Made by a program: the position numbers and the translations under genes
Notes under the pieces: generated by a model
What the model was told of the DNA's origin: nothing
Databases searched by the model: none
Seen by the model: the letters and a program-made list of their open reading frames with translations, nothing else
Assembly (NCBI GenBank): GCA_964399295.1
Contig: CAYNQD010000002.1
Span: 104,358-168,357 of the forward strand
Direction of reading: 5' to 3'
From: an uncultured Candidatus Saccharibacteria bacterium
Lineage (GTDB): Bacteria > Patescibacteriota > Minisyncoccia > Phycocordibacterales > UBA918
DNA: 64,000 nt
Shown here: positions 47,043 to 57,521 of the stretch, in pieces
Position numbering within the stretch: the stretch's first letter is position 1
Layout of the letters: every line of letters begins with the position of its first letter

Positions 47043-47462
47043 TTAGAACAAAGACATAACTCGCTCTTTTGAGAAGAAAATCACTGCTTCTCTGAAAAAT
47101 TGGTCGAAGTTTTCACTTGAGTGAGCAAGATTGTGGGCAATGTCGCAACCCATGTTCCTTATTGTGCCTGGAAGACTGAGTTTCGGCTCGTTGATACCAA
47201 CCAGAGCATTGAGCTGGTCTATAGCACGACGTCCTGAAACAATTACTCCATGACAGTCACCAGAGGTCATGTGGCGACACAAATCATCGAAATAGTGTTC
47301 AAAACGACATTGATGATAGAACAGACGAGCTTCAGCAGGACTGAACGATCTCCGGTCCTGCATGATAATTTCAAGACCTTGGTCGACTATCATCTGTATA
47401 CAATGTTCAACCAATTGACGTTCAACACAATCTGGCTTGAGTAAGCAAAATGAGTAAATCAT
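47043..47462 (-). CDS. ndk: nucleoside diphosphate kinase (short form)
   Basis: LLKPD, LPGTIR and N..H.S active-site His context. 139 aa. Confidence 0.7.
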   Translation of the reverse strand: MIYSFCLLKPDCVERQLVEHCIQMIVDQGLEIIMQDRRSFSPAEARLFYHQCRFEHYFDDLCRHMTSGDCHGVIVSGRRAIDQLNALVGINEPKLSLPGTIRNMGCDIAHNLAHSSENFDQFFREAVIFFSKERVMSLF

Positions 47463-47616
47463 GATAAGAACCTCCTAATATTAATCTGAAAACAGAATAG
47501 TACACCTGGTAGTTGATAGTCAAGTACGGACAAGGTTCCATTACACATAATTGGAGAGAGGGCTTCCTGAGATTTGATATTGTGTTGATTAGTACAAGGG
47601 TCGCAGAAGCTTACTT

Positions 47617-48693
47617 TTAAGCCTTGCCGGACTCCTCCTTTAGAGCTTTGCGAATATGCCCCAGTATTTCTTTCAGCAGCTTAGGATCGGCCTTTAGAGT
47701 GGTACGGGCAGCATCGTAGCCGCGACCAAGCTTGATTTCGGTGCTTTCGTCACCTCCTGGTGGAATATAAGTATATGAGGCTCCGGATTTTTTAATAAAT
47801 TTATATTTCTCACCCAAAGCCAACATTTCACCCTCGCGAGAAATACCCTCGCCGTAGATCAGGTCAAACTCAGTGGTGCGGAAAGGGGAGGCGACTTTGT
47901 TTTTTACCACTTTTACGCGGTGACGACCACCGACAACTTCCTCACCTTTTTTGATTTGCGCTATGCGGCGGATATCAAGCCGCACTGAAGTGTAAAACTT
48001 AAGCGCCTTACCGCCAGGGGTGGTTTCCGGATTGCCAAACATCACACCCACCTGCATGCGGATTTGATTGATAAAGATAACAACCGTTTTTGATTTAGCG
48101 ACGATACCGGTCAATTTTCGCAAAGCCTGGCTCATTAGCCGAGCTTGCTTGCCTACGTGATGCGCTCCCATCTCGCCTTCAATTTCATCCCGCGGGGTAA
48201 GGGCAGCTACAGAGTCAATAACAATAATGTCAATTTTGCCGGATCGGACTAAAGATTCAACGATCTCCAGAGCTTGCTCGCCATTATCCGGCTGCGAAAT
48301 GAGCAATTCTTCCAGCTTCACGCCGATATTTTTGGCGTACTCTGGGTCCATAGCGTGCTCGGCATCGATAAAGGCGCAAATACCACCCATTTTTTGCGCT
48401 TCCGCCACGGCGTGCAGGGAAAGGGTGGTCTTGCCGGAAGATTCCGGTCCAAAGATTTCAATGATGCGGCCGCGCGGAAAACCGCCAATGCCAAGAGCGT
48501 CATCAAGCCCAATCGAGCCGCTGGGAATAGCATCAATGTCCACTTTCTTGCTTTCGTCTAAAGTCATGATGGCTTCGTCGCCAAATTTAGTCTTAATTGC
48601 GCGCAGGGTTTCGGCGATGCTGGAAATGCCTTGCTCTTTATTTTCACTGGATTCAATTGTTTTCTTTGTCTTAGTGGCTTTTTTCTTTAACAT
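47617..48693 (-). CDS. recA: recombinase RecA
   Basis: Walker [11 protein letters not shown]1/L2 loops, IVIDSVAAL. Confidence 0.95.
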   Translation of the reverse strand: MLKKKATKTKKTIESSENKEQGISSIAETLRAIKTKFGDEAIMTLDESKKVDIDAIPSGSIGLDDALGIGGFPRGRIIEIFGPESSGKTTLSLHAVAEAQKMGGICAFIDAEHAMDPEYAKNIGVKLEELLISQPDNGEQALEIVESLVRSGKIDIIVIDSVAALTPRDEIEGEMGAHHVGKQARLMSQALRKLTGIVAKSKTVVIFINQIRMQVGVMFGNPETTPGGKALKFYTSVRLDIRRIAQIKKGEEVVGGRHRVKVVKNKVASPFRTTEFDLIYGEGISREGEMLALGEKYKFIKKSGASYTYIPPGGDESTEIKLGRGYDAARTTLKADPKLLKEILGHIRKALKEESGKA

Positions 48694-48702
48694 ATTTTTT
48701 TA

Positions 48703-49074
48703 TTATTTAATAATTGACGCAGGTACATAAACAAACGATCTCACCAATTTTGTCTCTCGGCCATATCTGTCTTTGGCTCTAAGGGTAGTCAGGGTATAGC
48801 CATTTTCCAACACTAGATTTTCGGTAAAATTGCCATTCTCGTCGGTAAAAATAGGACGGTCATTTAGCCAAAGATGGGTAATGTTGGTGGTGGCACCTTT
48901 CAATTCTACCACTCTGGAGTTATGTTTTGTAGCTGGTTCTTCAGCTAAGACAATCTGAGGGCCGATAATAACAAATCTAGCTTGAAAAATTACATAGACG
49001 CTGAAAAGCAAGATTATGGTGATGATACCAATCAATTTCAAAATATTTCTTAATTCAAAAGTAATTGGTGACAT
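48703..49074 (-). CDS. small membrane-anchored protein, unknown function (operonic between ftsK and recA)
   Basis: N-terminal TM. 10-nt gaps to both neighbours. Confidence 0.5.
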   Translation of the reverse strand: MSPITFELRNILKLIGIITIILLFSVYVIFQARFVIIGPQIVLAEEPATKHNSRVVELKGATTNITHLWLNDRPIFTDENGNFTENLVLENGYTLTTLRAKDRYGRETKLVRSFVYVPASIIK

Positions 49075-49082
49075 ATTATTTG

Positions 49083-51296
49083 TTATTCACGATTTTCCTC
49101 GGAGTCGGAATCCTCAGTAGTTTTATTTTTACCAATTAAGACCTCACGCGGTCTGGAGCCGTCCGCTGGTCCGACGATTCCTTGTTCTTCCAGTATATCA
49201 ACCAATCTGGCCGCCCTGGAATAACCGATGCGCAATCGGCGTTGCAAATAGGAGGTGGAGGCTTTGCCACTTTCCATGACAATTTGTTTGGCTTCTTCAA
49301 ATAATTCATCCTCGTCCCCACCGCTTTCGCCGTCGATTGAAGCCATAAAGGAATTGGCATTGCCATCTTTTGATTCTTCAAAATCAATTGTATCTAGCAT
49401 ATCGGCATCTTGAGCTTTGAGGTAACTCACCACTTTTTTGATTTCTTCACCGGAAATGTATGCCGATTGGATGCGAGTCAGGCGAGGGCTGTCGGAAGAT
49501 AAATAAAGCATATCGCCTTGGCCTAGGAGTTTTTCCGCCCCCATTTGGTCAATGATGGTGCGGGAATCAATCTGTGAAGCCACATTGAGGGCGATGCGGG
49601 TAGGGACGTTGGCTTTGATGGTACCGGTAATAACATTTACGGATGGCCTTTGCGTGGCCAAGAGCAAATGAATACCCACTGCGCGGCTCATTTGCGCCAA
49701 GCGAACAATCAAAGCTTCCAGTTCTCGTGGATAGGCTTGCATCAGGTCATTAAGCTCGTCAAGGATAATGACAATATATGGCAGTGGTTCGGGCAGGTTC
49801 TCTCTCTCCTCTTCTGGTGAACCTTTAGCCTCCCATTCCTTTTTAGCCGGATGGTAGACGTTGCCGTGATAAAGGTCTATGCCTTGTATGCCTTCGGCTT
49901 GCAGAATGTCGTATCGTCTGGCCATTTCCTTAACCGCCCAACTAAGTGATTTGAGGGCTTTTTTCGGTTCGGTGATTACCGGAGTGAGGAGGTGGGGAAT
50001 GCCGTTGTACAGGGTAAGTTCTACTCGCTTGGGGTCAACGAGAATGAAGCGTAGCTGGTCGGGAGAATTACGAAACAAAAGAGAAATAATAATATTATGT
50101 ATGGTCACAGACTTGCCGGAGCCGGTGGTACCGGCAATGAGGGCGTGGGGCATGCGGGCGATATTGGCAAAATGCACCCCACCAGCCACGTCTCTTCCCA
50201 GTGCTACCAGCAGTGGTCGCGGAGAGTCTGTGTACTCAGGATTTCGCAAAATCGAGGCCAAGCCCACGGTGGAGCGGATGGCGTTTGGTACCTCAATACC
50301 CACCAATGACTTACCCGGAATCGGCGCTTCAATACGAATGGTGCTGGCTTTGAGGGCGAGCTGGAGCTCTTGTTGCAAGGCGACAATTCTCGATATACGT
50401 ACGCCTTGCGCCGGCTTGAGTGAGTAACGCGTAATCGCCGGCCCGCTTTCAACGGCGTCCATTTCCACATTGATGCCGAATTCCTTAAGTGTGCGTTTGA
50501 TGGTCAGGGAATTTGCCTTGACGTCACCGGCCACGGCCTTGCCTTTGTCACGGTTTAGGAGATTTAGAGAAGGGGGGATGTATGGACCACTGAAGTGCTT
50601 GATGGTGATGTCGCTGTCATTTTTAACGGCAGTCAGAGTTTCTTTGACCTTGCTGGTGATGGCCTGAAGCGGTCTTTTTGGTTCGGTTGTTTCTTCTGTT
50701 TCGCCCTCTTTTTCAAATTTTTCATCTACAAGGTCTGGAATATCTAAGTCCGCAATATCAAAATCGTCGTCAATATTTTCCAAATCCTCGTCGATTGATT
50801 TTTTAAATTTAGGCAGAGCTAAGCCGGTGTTGAAAGTAAGGAAAATGCCAATCAGAACAAAACCAGATAAGAGGATACCTGTGACCATATTGCCAAAAAG
50901 GTAGGCGAGAGGGAAGGTGAGAGACAGTCCTGCCCAGCCACCCAAGCCGGCTTGATAAAGCTCAAGTAGCGCAAGGAGAGAGAGAAATACCATGGAGATG
51001 CCAATGACCTTGGAAGTACTAACCCGCTCATCTTCACGCGGCCGCAGCAATGCGAAAACATAAAAAACGGAGGCAATCGGGGCTAGCCAAGCTCCTGTGC
51101 CAAAAAGTCTGGTTAGTGCCATTTCGGTATATCCACCTACTCTTCCAGCGTAGCCAAGTAGTGAAAGCAGGAAAAAAATACCTAAGATACCAATGACAAC
51201 CGCACCAATAGCTTGCTTGGCCTGTGGTGACAAATCATCAAACATAGGCACTTTTTCTTTTTCGATAGTAACCCCGCTTTTCTTTTTTTTGGACAT
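49083..51296 (-). CDS. ftsK: DNA translocase FtsK
   Basis: N-terminal TM helices. Motor domain with Walker A GTTGSGKS. C-terminal gamma wHTH domain. Confidence 0.9.
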   Translation of the reverse strand: MSKKKKSGVTIEKEKVPMFDDLSPQAKQAIGAVVIGILGIFFLLSLLGYAGRVGGYTEMALTRLFGTGAWLAPIASVFYVFALLRPREDERVSTSKVIGISMVFLSLLALLELYQAGLGGWAGLSLTFPLAYLFGNMVTGILLSGFVLIGIFLTFNTGLALPKFKKSIDEDLENIDDDFDIADLDIPDLVDEKFEKEGETEETTEPKRPLQAITSKVKETLTAVKNDSDITIKHFSGPYIPPSLNLLNRDKGKAVAGDVKANSLTIKRTLKEFGINVEMDAVESGPAITRYSLKPAQGVRISRIVALQQELQLALKASTIRIEAPIPGKSLVGIEVPNAIRSTVGLASILRNPEYTDSPRPLLVALGRDVAGGVHFANIARMPHALIAGTTGSGKSVTIHNIIISLLFRNSPDQLRFILVDPKRVELTLYNGIPHLLTPVITEPKKALKSLSWAVKEMARRYDILQAEGIQGIDLYHGNVYHPAKKEWEAKGSPEEERENLPEPLPYIVIILDELNDLMQAYPRELEALIVRLAQMSRAVGIHLLLATQRPSVNVITGTIKANVPTRIALNVASQIDSRTIIDQMGAEKLLGQGDMLYLSSDSPRLTRIQSAYISGEEIKKVVSYLKAQDADMLDTIDFEESKDGNANSFMASIDGESGGDEDELFEEAKQIVMESGKASTSYLQRRLRIGYSRAARLVDILEEQGIVGPADGSRPREVLIGKNKTTEDSDSEENRE

Positions 51297-51559
51297 AACA
51301 AAATAACTGAAACTTTAGAATACGCCAATAATACCATGGATATTGAGTTAAAAAACCAGTGGATTAAGACCAACGAGAAGAAAAGATATCTTTCATTCTC
51401 CACCAAAGTACCAGACACGAATCTTTCTTAAGGACAGAATAAACCCTTGCAAATAAACAAAATGTCTTTATAGTAAGGAGAGATTTTTGAAAGAGACAAA
51501 AACAGGGAAGGCAAGACTATCAGACATTATAAAAGACCAAAGAGACTGTAATAGACAAT

Positions 51560-52291
51560 ATGGAAAAAGACAATATCTACGCAATAAAAAGACTATCTAG
51601 TAATAATGAATACTACAGTAATGTTTTTAAAAAGACAGAAAGAACAATTTCTGTTGTCTTCTATATATTGTCTTATATTGATAAAAATGAACACTCCGAA
51701 TTTCACATAAAGACCATGAGTGAAAAAGCCATGCAGGTCCATGAGGCTTCATTGGCGACACTGTCTTTATACGAATACGAAGCTAGGGAAAAGATTTTTC
51801 CTTTCCAGCAGTCTTTGGTCGCTTTGGAGGGTGTCTTAAGAATCGCCAACGCCGCCAGGGTTCTGACGGACGAGGTGTTGACATTGCTTTTGAGTGAAGT
51901 TGATTTAGTGCAGCGTTATTTGAAGAACCATTTTATGAGTGAAAGTCCAATGGTAATAAAAGAGGAAAATTACGCTACTTTATCACCTGAACCGGTTTTG
52001 TCTTTGGGTCACAAAAAGCCCTCTATCTCCCCGCGATCGTCGCGAGTAAATATCCCCAAGGGGGATATAAGTTCGGATGCCCACTTTGTGTACAGCCAAT
52101 TGGTAGATAGAGCCACGCGCATAAAGACAGTCCTTGAAGCCAAGCCGGAAGCCACCATAAAAGACATTGCAGAAATAATCACCGACGTAAGCGAAAAGAC
52201 AATCCAACGTGAACTCAATGGTCTGATAGAAAAAGGACAAGTAATCAGACAGGGCGAAAGGCGGTGGTCTAAATACTCAATAGCAAAATAA
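51560..52291 (+). CDS. hypothetical protein with a C-terminal winged-HTH
   Basis: C-terminal IKDIAEIITDVSEKTIQRELNGLIEKGQVIRQGERRWSKY. Confidence 0.5.
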   Translation: MEKDNIYAIKRLSSNNEYYSNVFKKTERTISVVFYILSYIDKNEHSEFHIKTMSEKAMQVHEASLATLSLYEYEAREKIFPFQQSLVALEGVLRIANAARVLTDEVLTLLLSEVDLVQRYLKNHFMSESPMVIKEENYATLSPEPVLSLGHKKPSISPRSSRVNIPKGDISSDAHFVYSQLVDRATRIKTVLEAKPEATIKDIAEIITDVSEKTIQRELNGLIEKGQVIRQGERRWSKYSIAK

Positions 52292-52998
52292 AAGACAGAA
52301 ATTTAAGCGTTGTTATTATAACTATTTTATATAGGACAAGAATATAAAACTGTCTAATAATCACTTTAGTTACAAATACACCCCGTTGTCCTCTATTGCT
52401 TTTTTAGAATTTTATTTTTTAATATTTTTTAGCAGTAAGAATGCCGGTATCGCCTCGTCATCACAGGCAGATAGAAGAGTTCAGTAGCATTGACGTTTTT
52501 TGTACTTTCACGTATCGTGTCGGTTACAGTGCTTTTGGTAAGTTGTTGTTATTTATATACGCCTACTCGTTGCTTATTTATCCTAAATAGGGAACAAGAG
52601 ATGGAGTGAATAATCCACACACTTAATATCCAAAGACTGTAGCAAAGTATAAGAACCTGCTATACTGTTCTTGTGCGCTCGTGCGCTTTTTTATTAAGGT
52701 TTGTTGTCTGTGTTGTGTAAGCCACAATTTCAGTTGAATCTTTTTACTAAAAAAGTGACACGAGGTATGAACGTTCTTTGATAAACATGCCAACCAAACT
52801 TCCTGTGTCTAAGCGACATGAGTTTTGTTGACAGGGTTGTGTAGAATGCTACACGATTTTCATATCTTACTTACCGCGTCTTGATGGCTGCCCTGCAAAG
52901 GGTAGATACAATATAATTGTTTCATCAAGTTCGCTTCCTGTTTGACCTTGTCCCGTTTCTATCCGCTTGTCCGCTTTCAGACCTTATACGCAGCTAAC

Positions 52999-53073
52999 CT
53001 GTATTCTCAAACGAAAAATTCGTCTGAGAATACAGTTAGTGATATTGCGTAGTTGGCGTGATAAACCAACTAC
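52999..53073. promoter_or_regulatory. two inverted repeats in the 885-nt leader of the surface-protein gene: CTGTATTCTCA-N15-TGAGAATACAG and GTAGTTGG-N9-CCAACTAC
   Basis: Read directly. Confidence 0.5.
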
Positions 53074-53176
53074 GAAATATGAATTAATTCATATTATCAG
53101 CCGTTATCAAATTTAACCGCTCAATTATATTGAGTATGCGTGTTAATCCCACGTAAAAAATTATTTAATTATATTT

Positions 53177-55153
53177 ATGACTATTGCAAAAGATTTTGTT
53201 GCAAAAGCTCTCGTAGCTTTTGTGGCTCTTGCGATGATCTTCACTACTTACACCCCTGCGGCGCAGGCTCAGTCAGCTGAAGATTTGCAAGCGATGATTA
53301 ATCAACTGCTAGCGCAGATTACTTCTCTCCAATCACAAGTTGGACAAGGTTCTGCTACAGCTTCAGGCTACACTTGGACTCGTGATCTTTCACAAGGTTC
53401 AACTGGTGCCGATGTAAGGGAACTACAAAAGTTCTTGAACTCAGATCCTGACACTCGCGTAGCTGCTACCGGTGTTGGCTCTGCTGGAATGGAAACTGAG
53501 TATTACGGACCGGCTACAGCAGCTGCCGTATCAAAGTTCCAAGTTAAGTACCGAGCGGATATTCTTTCTCCGTCTGGTCTTGTAAATCCAACTGGATACT
53601 TTGGTCCTAGCTCACGAGCTAAGGCTAACGCACAAAACACACCAGTGGTTGTGATTCCTGTTGATCCAAATGATGGAAATGATGATGACAATAATGGAGG
53701 TAGTACTCCAGGATTGAGTAGTTCAGAAGCAGAACTTAAGAGCTTCAATCTTCGCGCCGGTGATTACACCGAAGTAGAAGAGGGACGCGCTGACGTTGCT
53801 GTTGCTGAAGTAGAATTTGACGTAGAAGATGGTGATGCTCGCGTTGACCGTCTTGATGTTTGGTTTGACCGATCACAAGTTACTGGTAGCGCTGACGAAG
53901 ACCCATGGCGTGTCTTCCGTGAAGTATCTATCTGGGTAGATGGCGAGAAGGTAGCTTCAAAGCGTGTTGACAGTCGAAATGACTGGTCACGTAATGTTGA
54001 AACTGATCGTGATCGTATCCGCTTCACCGGTCTAGACATTGTCTACCGAGAAGATGACCGTGCTGAAATCATTATCGCTGTTACTTCACAGACATCAGTT
54101 CAGGACCCGGTTAATGCCAAGTGGCAAGTTATCGTTCCTAATGATGGTATCCGTGCTCGTGATGGTGCTGGTATCGACCAAACTATCGGTGATACTGCAC
54201 AGAACGTACAGTTTACTATCGCTCGCGATGGTAAGGACGATGAAGTTCGCGTTCGCAAGGCTTCATCAGATCCAGCTGCTACAGTACTTGAACTTGAAGA
54301 TGACAAGACTTCAAATTACCTAACAGTGTTTGCTTTCGAGCTTGACACTCGTGACAGTACTTCAGATATTGAAATCAACAAGTTGACTCTTAACGCTCAA
54401 GTAAGTTCATCTACTCTAAAGGACTTGGCTTCAGACATTCGTTTGCGAGCTGATGGCCGAACTTACTCACGTTCTAGTACAACTGCTAACGTTGTTGACT
54501 TCAACTTCAATGACGGTGAGCTTGTGATTGACCGTGGTGGTCGAGTAGTAGTGGAAGTCCTTGTTCGCTTCAATGCTTTGAAGCCAGGTGACGCCGGTAC
54601 AACTCTATCTATGAGTCTTAACTCAAATGGTATTACAGCTGAAGGTGCACGTACTCTACAGTCTAACGACATCTCAGGTGGCGCAACTGGTGAGACACAC
54701 ACCCTTATCACTGAAGGTCTACGATTCGTGAAGAAGTCACTTACATCTACTCGTATTCCTGGTTCTGGTAATAATCCAGTAGACAGTGCTGAATTCACAC
54801 TTGTAGTTGATGTTACTGCCGTTGGTGAGCAGTTCTTTATTGAGGATGATGCCGCCGCTTTCGCAGCGACTGTACTTCGAAATGGAACTACCACTGGTGT
54901 ATCTGGTGCTTCAACCACAAAGACCATGACTTCAAATGCGAACAAGGAGCAAAACCGCTTCCGTATTGATGAAGGTCAGACTCGTACCTTCACTCTAAAG
55001 GTCACTTACCGACCTTCAGGTGATGCTATGAACTTCCGAACCCAGTTTAACAGCTTGACATTCTACGATGCTCCAGCTGCTGGTACTTCAAAGACACAGA
55101 CCTTCACTCCAATTTCCGAGTACCGATCAGATGATGTAACTATCATTAACTAA
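53177..55153 (+). CDS. secreted surface (S-layer-like) protein with a PG_binding_1-like domain and a long Cys-free acidic beta-rich region
   Basis: Signal peptide ending AAQA-QSA. A putative peptidoglycan-binding domain (GSTGADVRELQKFLN...GPATAAAVSKFQ). About 480 aa rich in Thr/Asp/Val/Gly/Ser with no Cys. Codon choice is strongly biased (CGT, GGT, GCT, ACT, GAC, TTC) like rplL, unlike neighbouring genes. Confidence 0.65.
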   Translation: MTIAKDFVAKALVAFVALAMIFTTYTPAAQAQSAEDLQAMINQLLAQITSLQSQVGQGSATASGYTWTRDLSQGSTGADVRELQKFLNSDPDTRVAATGVGSAGMETEYYGPATAAAVSKFQVKYRADILSPSGLVNPTGYFGPSSRAKANAQNTPVVVIPVDPNDGNDDDNNGGSTPGLSSSEAELKSFNLRAGDYTEVEEGRADVAVAEVEFDVEDGDARVDRLDVWFDRSQVTGSADEDPWRVFREVSIWVDGEKVASKRVDSRNDWSRNVETDRDRIRFTGLDIVYREDDRAEIIIAVTSQTSVQDPVNAKWQVIVPNDGIRARDGAGIDQTIGDTAQNVQFTIARDGKDDEVRVRKASSDPAATVLELEDDKTSNYLTVFAFELDTRDSTSDIEINKLTLNAQVSSSTLKDLASDIRLRADGRTYSRSSTTANVVDFNFNDGELVIDRGGRVVVEVLVRFNALKPGDAGTTLSMSLNSNGITAEGARTLQSNDISGGATGETHTLITEGLRFVKKSLTSTRIPGSGNNPVDSAEFTLVVDVTAVGEQFFIEDDAAAFAATVLRNGTTTGVSGASTTKTMTSNANKEQNRFRIDEGQTRTFTLKVTYRPSGDAMNFRTQFNSLTFYDAPAAGTSKTQTFTPISEYRSDDVTIIN

Positions 55154-55204
55154 TAAGTTAGGATAAGTTCTTCTTCTCTTCGTAAAAGAGAAAGGTGAAA
55201 AGAA

Positions 55205-55230
55205 AAACCCCGCTTCGGCGGGGTTTTTCT
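55205..55230 (+). terminator. intrinsic terminator
   Basis: AAACCCCGC-TTCG-GCGGGGTTT followed by TTCT. Confidence 0.85.
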
Positions 55231-55293
55231 GTGTATTGATTGAGCGGGGAATTTGATAATTGTTTGCTATAATGTATTCAATTTAGTTAATCT

Positions 55294-56253
55294 ATGTTTT
55301 GGTTCTTCAGTATTCCTATTTTGTTACTCTCAAGCATTTTGCTTTACATAGCGGGCGAGTTGATTGTGGCTAGCTTGTTGCGGTTGTCTCGTTATTTCAA
55401 GATGACGGAGTTTGTGGTGGCGTTTTTTGTGATGGCTTTTGCCGCCACTTTACCAAATTTGTTTGTCGGCATTACTTCGGCTTTGCAAGGTATTCCCGAA
55501 TTATCCTTTGGAGATATCATGGGCAACAATATCATAGCTCTCACTTTGGCGGTGGCGGCCGGAGTTTTCTTTGCCCCTAAGCGTGAGTTGCCGCTGGAAA
55601 ATCAAACCATTCAGGACACTACTTTTCTCACCGCCATCGCCGCCATCTTGCCACTTATCCTTATTTCCGACGGTGGTATTTCTCGAAGTGACGGCTTGGT
55701 TTTGCTTTTATTTTTCTTTGGTTATGTTTATTGGATGTTCTCAAAAAAAGAGAGATTTACAAAAGTGTTTGAGGAGGAGAGAGTCGATATCACTCGGGCA
55801 CAGGCTTTGCGCGAGCTTGTCCAGCTGGTCGGCGGTGTGATTTTATTATCGGTTGCGGCGCAGGGGATTGTTTATGGAGCTGAGTTGATTGCTTCTGGTC
55901 TTGGATTGTCTTTGCTGTTGGTGGGTATATTTATAATTGGCTTTGGCGGCGCTTTACCGGAAGTGTACTTTACCATCATTTCAGCCAAGCGCGATGAAGT
56001 GGGTCTGATTATAGGAAATTTGATGGGGGCAGTAATTATTCCGGCTACTTTTGTTTTGGGGATAGTGGCGATGATACACCCGATTGTAAATGATTCCTTG
56101 CAATTTCCGACGATAGCCAGAGTCTTTCTTGTTTTAGTTGCTCTTTTCTTTTTATATGTGTCGCAAACGAGAAATGTTATAACCACGCGTGAAGCAACAA
56201 TTTTAGTAATTAGCTATGTCGCCTTTTTACTAGCGTTTATTTTGTTGGTTTAG
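55294..56253 (+). CDS. CaCA-family sodium/calcium exchanger (YrbG-like)
   Basis: Two alpha-repeat regions (GELIVAS...FVVAFFVMAFAATLPNLFV and GLIIGNLMGAVII). Confidence 0.8.
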   Translation: MFWFFSIPILLLSSILLYIAGELIVASLLRLSRYFKMTEFVVAFFVMAFAATLPNLFVGITSALQGIPELSFGDIMGNNIIALTLAVAAGVFFAPKRELPLENQTIQDTTFLTAIAAILPLILISDGGISRSDGLVLLLFFFGYVYWMFSKKERFTKVFEEERVDITRAQALRELVQLVGGVILLSVAAQGIVYGAELIASGLGLSLLLVGIFIIGFGGALPEVYFTIISAKRDEVGLIIGNLMGAVIIPATFVLGIVAMIHPIVNDSLQFPTIARVFLVLVALFFLYVSQTRNVITTREATILVISYVAFLLAFILLV

Positions 56254-56401
56254 AAAGAAAACTTATTTACTAAATGTTACAATATTACGGATATGTTCAA
56301 TAAAACATTCTATAAGTTTTTGATAAGTTTTACGGCGGTAGTTGCTGGTACTTTGTTTTTTATTTTAGTTATAGGCGCTCGTGTGTAGTATATTTATTAA
56401 G

Positions 56402-56436
56402 AAAAATAGGGGCGGCCGTAGGCCGCCCCTATTTTA
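56402..56436. terminator. bidirectional intrinsic terminator
   Basis: AAAAATAGGGGCGGCC-GTA-GGCCGCCCCTATTTT. Confidence 0.85.
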
Positions 56437-56461
56437 ATCTTTATGCTTGATATGTACCAAA

Positions 56462-57481
56462 CTACCAAATTTTGCGTACCGCTCGCCAGCCAAATCTCAA
56501 AATCATTATTGCTATGAGCGCGTACAGAGTAAATTTGAAAACCTGAAAGACCACAATCAGCAAGCCAATCGTCAATTCCTGTATAATGTTGTTAATGGAA
56601 TTGATAAATGATCGAACCTCACGTTTCCAGGAATTAGCCAGAGCTTTTCCATCGAAGTATTTTAATTCCTGGATGTGTACTGAGAAGTAAGTGTTGTTTA
56701 GACGGTCTTCTTGGTCAGCCAAGGCACGATTGAGGACGTCAATTTCCTGCCTGGTTTGTTCCCGTCGTTGCTTGAGGTCGTCTATCAGCCTGATTTTTTC
56801 GCGTATAGCCGTGGCTAGGGAGGTAGCATCCTGTGCCGTCACTGCAAATTCTTGCAGCCGGTCGTAGTCGAGTATGGCTTCTTCTAGGATTTGTTCAGTT
56901 GATTTGAGGTTTTGACTGAGAATATCTCGTCGGTTCAGATTGTTTTCCAGCTGCTTTTTAATGTTTAATATTTTTTCTTGAAAAGATTTAGGATCTTTGG
57001 CTTTAAGAATGGCAATAATATTTTCAGCCTCGGAGTTGGCGGCCTTAAAATTGAAGTAGCAGGAGTTGGTACTTTTATTGGAAGACAAAAAGAGTACTCC
57101 CGATTGAGATTTGAAAGTTTCAATTTCACTACAAGTTCGGTCTAAGCTTCTGGTTTCTAAATGTATCAAATAATCACGAGTTTCAAAATTTTCTGCTGTC
57201 GGGGCCGGAGCCGCGGTGTTGTACGAAAACTCCTCTTGACCAACACCGCCACTAACTGCTCTCTGTTGCACGCTGGGGGCGAAATTATCATAAGAAGAGT
57301 TACTTAGACCAACACCGGAATAACGAATACCATTAAGACTGGCCAGAACAACAAAACCTAAAAATAAAATTACCAATAAGCCAGTAATGCCGACTAAGAC
57401 TTTTTTGCCTAAAGAAAAATTTTGCCAATACCGTTGTATTTTTTGCAGATAATTTACTTTTGTTTCTTCATTATTTTTCAT
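56462..57481 (-). CDS. DUF4349-like protein (N- and C-terminal TM helices flanking a coiled-coil domain)
   Basis: Architecture and coiled-coil heptads. The C-terminal TM is LLIVVFQVFKFTLYALIAIMIL. Confidence 0.5.
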   Translation of the reverse strand: MKNNEETKVNYLQKIQRYWQNFSLGKKVLVGITGLLVILFLGFVVLASLNGIRYSGVGLSNSSYDNFAPSVQQRAVSGGVGQEEFSYNTAAPAPTAENFETRDYLIHLETRSLDRTCSEIETFKSQSGVLFLSSNKSTNSCYFNFKAANSEAENIIAILKAKDPKSFQEKILNIKKQLENNLNRRDILSQNLKSTEQILEEAILDYDRLQEFAVTAQDATSLATAIREKIRLIDDLKQRREQTRQEIDVLNRALADQEDRLNNTYFSVHIQELKYFDGKALANSWKREVRSFINSINNIIQELTIGLLIVVFQVFKFTLYALIAIMILRFGWRAVRKIW

Positions 57482-57521
57482 ATTTATTTATAATATTAAA
57501 AGTTTTGCTAATAAACCTATG

